IMG/VR virus record: IMGVR_UViG_3300020580_000002
Coordinates: 1-58,391 of that record
From: a virus
Taxonomy: Duplodnaviria; Caudoviricetes
Direction: 5' to 3' (one strand)
Length of the DNA stretch: 58,391 nucleotides
Part shown: positions 56,475 to 58,391 of the stretch, one piece after another
Numbering within the stretch: the first letter of the stretch is position 1
Layout: each line of letters starts with the position of its first letter
Notes under the pieces: model-generated
Databases searched by the model: none
Told to the model about the DNA's origin: nothing
Seen by the model: the letters and a program-made list of their open reading frames with translations, nothing else
Program-made: the position numbers and the translations under genes

Positions 56475-56702
56475 GCTCAACGTCCATGGGACGTTTCGCT
56501 CCATTACGCTGTCAATCATCGCGAACCTCATTCCGCCCCCTTGCGCTGCTTTTTGCGTTCAATCTGCGCACTCAGCGAATCACACGCCACAATAGGATTA
56601 CCACAATAATAACACCCATGAAATGAGCGCCACGCTTCCAGGCTGCTCTTGTGGCCACAGAAGGTGCAGCGTTGCAGTGGCAGGGTACGCTGTTTACGCT
56701 TT

Positions 56703-57806
56703 TTAATACCCACCACTGCATCCACACGAATCCGTACTCGGGCAGCAGCAATACACACGCGGCCCTGGCAGGTGAGTACATGCCTGTGCGTTGCTGCAAT
56801 CAGTCCCATCGGCATTTGTCCAGCCGCACCAGCCGCAGTCTCCCACACCGGGATTCGCGAAAGCCGCGAAACAGTTATTACCTATGAGTTGATTACAACT
56901 GAGGTCATAGCACTTAGAACAGCCCCCGTAGCAGCCTATGGGATTAGTCGTGCAAAAGGAACCTCCGCACCCACAATCAGCGATACGGGTTTCGCAGTAG
57001 CAATAAGCGACTGAGCAACATTGGTTATTACATCTTGGAGAAACGCAGTTCAGGCACCAGTATATGCCACAAATGAGTCTGGGATTACGTTCCATCAAGC
57101 GCAAAGACACAGCCTTCAAATAGCTCTTGGCCTTGCTCGCCGCAGGGATAGTTCCGGCAAAGCGGTCCCAAGAAACAGCCCTCGCATGCGCGGCGGTTTC
57201 AAGCGAACTAGCCGCTGGCGGAATCGCGGTTTGCATTCGATAGATCACCCCGTGGCTGTCGCTGATGAGCACGTCTTGACTGTTTTTGGCCTTAAGTACT
57301 AGCACGTAGCCCACCCCGCCAAAAGGCTTGGCGATATCCATGGGCTTGATGTGCATGTCATGTTCCCACCCGGCGAGCATCTCCCTGCCATCAAGGTTCA
57401 AGCTCCGCAGGAATCGCTCGTCTTCGGGCAAGTGCGGATGCATAGGGTCGGGGTTCACGATTGAGTTCTTAAGGTACGCGACCACATCCGCTTCGGTGCC
57501 AGGGACGTAGACGTACGTTCCGTCGTCCTTCTTGACAGCGGTCTTAATCTTGGCGTGGGCGCAATTCAGGATACGCACCAGATTCAAGGCGTCTCCGACC
57601 TCATCATTAACCGCCGTGGTCACCTTGTTTACCAGTGCGGCCTTGACAACCAGCGGGAACGCCACCATCCGGCCAATGAAGCTGCGCCGTCCCCACTCAT
57701 TCAACTTTTTCTGGCGGTCTTTACAGCCTTTACAAGGCCGCTGGATACCGACCGCTTTCGCAAAATTGGCTACTACGTCTCCCAACCCGTAATCATTGAT
57801 TCGCAT
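56703..57806 (-). CDS. Modular protein: CxxC N-terminus, RRSF Tat-like motif, pilin-like middle, 25-Cys C-terminal tail
   Basis: AAAGGAG SD; translation shown in the ORF track. Confidence 0.8.
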   Translation of the reverse strand: MRINDYGLGDVVANFAKAVGIQRPCKGCKDRQKKLNEWGRRSFIGRMVAFPLVVKAALVNKVTTAVNDEVGDALNLVRILNCAHAKIKTAVKKDDGTYVYVPGTEADVVAYLKNSIVNPDPMHPHLPEDERFLRSLNLDGREMLAGWEHDMHIKPMDIAKPFGGVGYVLVLKAKNSQDVLISDSHGVIYRMQTAIPPAASSLETAAHARAVSWDRFAGTIPAASKAKSYLKAVSLRLMERNPRLICGIYWCLNCVSPRCNNQCCSVAYCYCETRIADCGCGGSFCTTNPIGCYGGCSKCYDLSCNQLIGNNCFAAFANPGVGDCGWCGWTNADGTDCSNAQACTHLPGPRVYCCCPSTDSCGCSGGY

Positions 57807-57820
57807 TGTTACTCCTTTAG

Positions 57821-58066
57821 TTAGTGGATTCCCCCCGGTACCGGTCGGCCCTCAGTGATAGCCTTCGTGAGGGTCAAGAGCATCTGTGCTGCTGCCACTA
57901 CGTCACTAGCAAAACGCTCACACTGCTCCTTGTCACCATGCACGCCCACGTTACTATACACATGCTTACCCACCAGGCGCTCAGCCGCCTCGATAGCTTC
58001 GTGCAGCGAGTTGATGCTGACCTCTACCTCACCCATGTAAAAACCAGGCTCTTTGATGTCACTCAT
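57821..58066 (-). CDS. Hypothetical protein
   Basis: TAATG coupling. Confidence 0.65.
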   Translation of the reverse strand: MSDIKEPGFYMGEVEVSINSLHEAIEAAERLVGKHVYSNVGVHGDKEQCERFASDVVAAAQMLLTLTKAITEGRPVPGGIH

Positions 58067-58391
58067 TAGTTATCCCTCGCTGGTGCAGATGGGCGGGCAT
58101 CATACTTGGCCCGGTTGCGCCTCACGTGGTCGAGCGCCACTGTAGACCATTTATCTTTTGCGAGCGCCTCGATAGCCGCAATGCGCGGGTCAGCCTTCTG
58201 GCGCTCCGTGAGTCCAAAGGTGTGCCCCTCAGCGTCCGCATCAATCATGTCCACTGCGCAGGCGCCACAAATAGGCTGATAGCCAGAAGGCACGCCACCG
58301 CTGCCAAAGTTATGCGCATTGATAGCCACCTCGCCATGGCACACAAAGCACTCCGCCTTGGTGTGCGGCTCACGGTGCACGTTGGCACAGG
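58066..58391 (-). CDS. Zn-finger protein spanning the circular junction (ATG at position 185; 127 aa in total)
   Basis: MVNKDNKREQALLICMPWRACANV from 185 continues in frame into HREPHTKAECFVC..ICGAC. Confidence 0.7.
   Translation of the reverse strand, partial: CANVHREPHTKAECFVCHGEVAINAHNFGSGGVPSGYQPICGACAVDMIDADAEGHTFGLTERQKADPRIAAIEALAKDKWSTVALDHVRRNRAKYDARPSAPARDN
58265..58391. repeat. Terminal direct repeat, right copy
   Basis: Identical to 1-127. Confidence 0.95.

Overview
This window is an apparently complete ~58.3-kb double-stranded DNA phage genome. Bases 1-127 repeat exactly at 58265-58391, and one ORF reads through that junction, so it behaves as a circle of 58,264 bp. No integrase, tape-measure, sheath, tRNA or CRISPR array was recognised, and gene order suggests a podovirus-like virion. 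Layout: (i) ~3.5-16.1 kb leftward accessory genes, including an ARC/Mpa-type proteasomal AAA+ ATPase followed by two Pup-like small proteins, a MoxR AAA+/VWA pair, and a ~1.05-kb ORF-poor, highly base-paired stretch that looks like a large structured RNA; (ii) ~17.6-45.7 kb rightward morphogenesis genes (TerL, portal, scaffold, major capsid, adaptor/nozzle, ejection-like proteins, two large fibres), with three free-standing homing endonucleases in or just before this block; (iii) ~45.8-58.3 kb leftward lysis and replication genes (cell-wall hydrolase, papain-like peptidase, Tat lipoprotein, UDG-fused family A polymerase, Sak4-like ATPase, PD-(D/E)XK nuclease); (iv) a RecA-like helicase followed by an iterated AT-rich putative origin at ~3.1 kb. 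Three candidate novel systems stand out. First, a CPHC thioredoxin-fold protein plus a CxxC membrane protein sit between two fibres whose 20 and 22 cysteines fall in local pairs, suggesting phage-encoded disulfide formation. Second is the large ncRNA. Third is the ARC-like ATPase with Pup-like partners. All family assignments come from motifs read by eye, with no database search, and the host cannot be determined.
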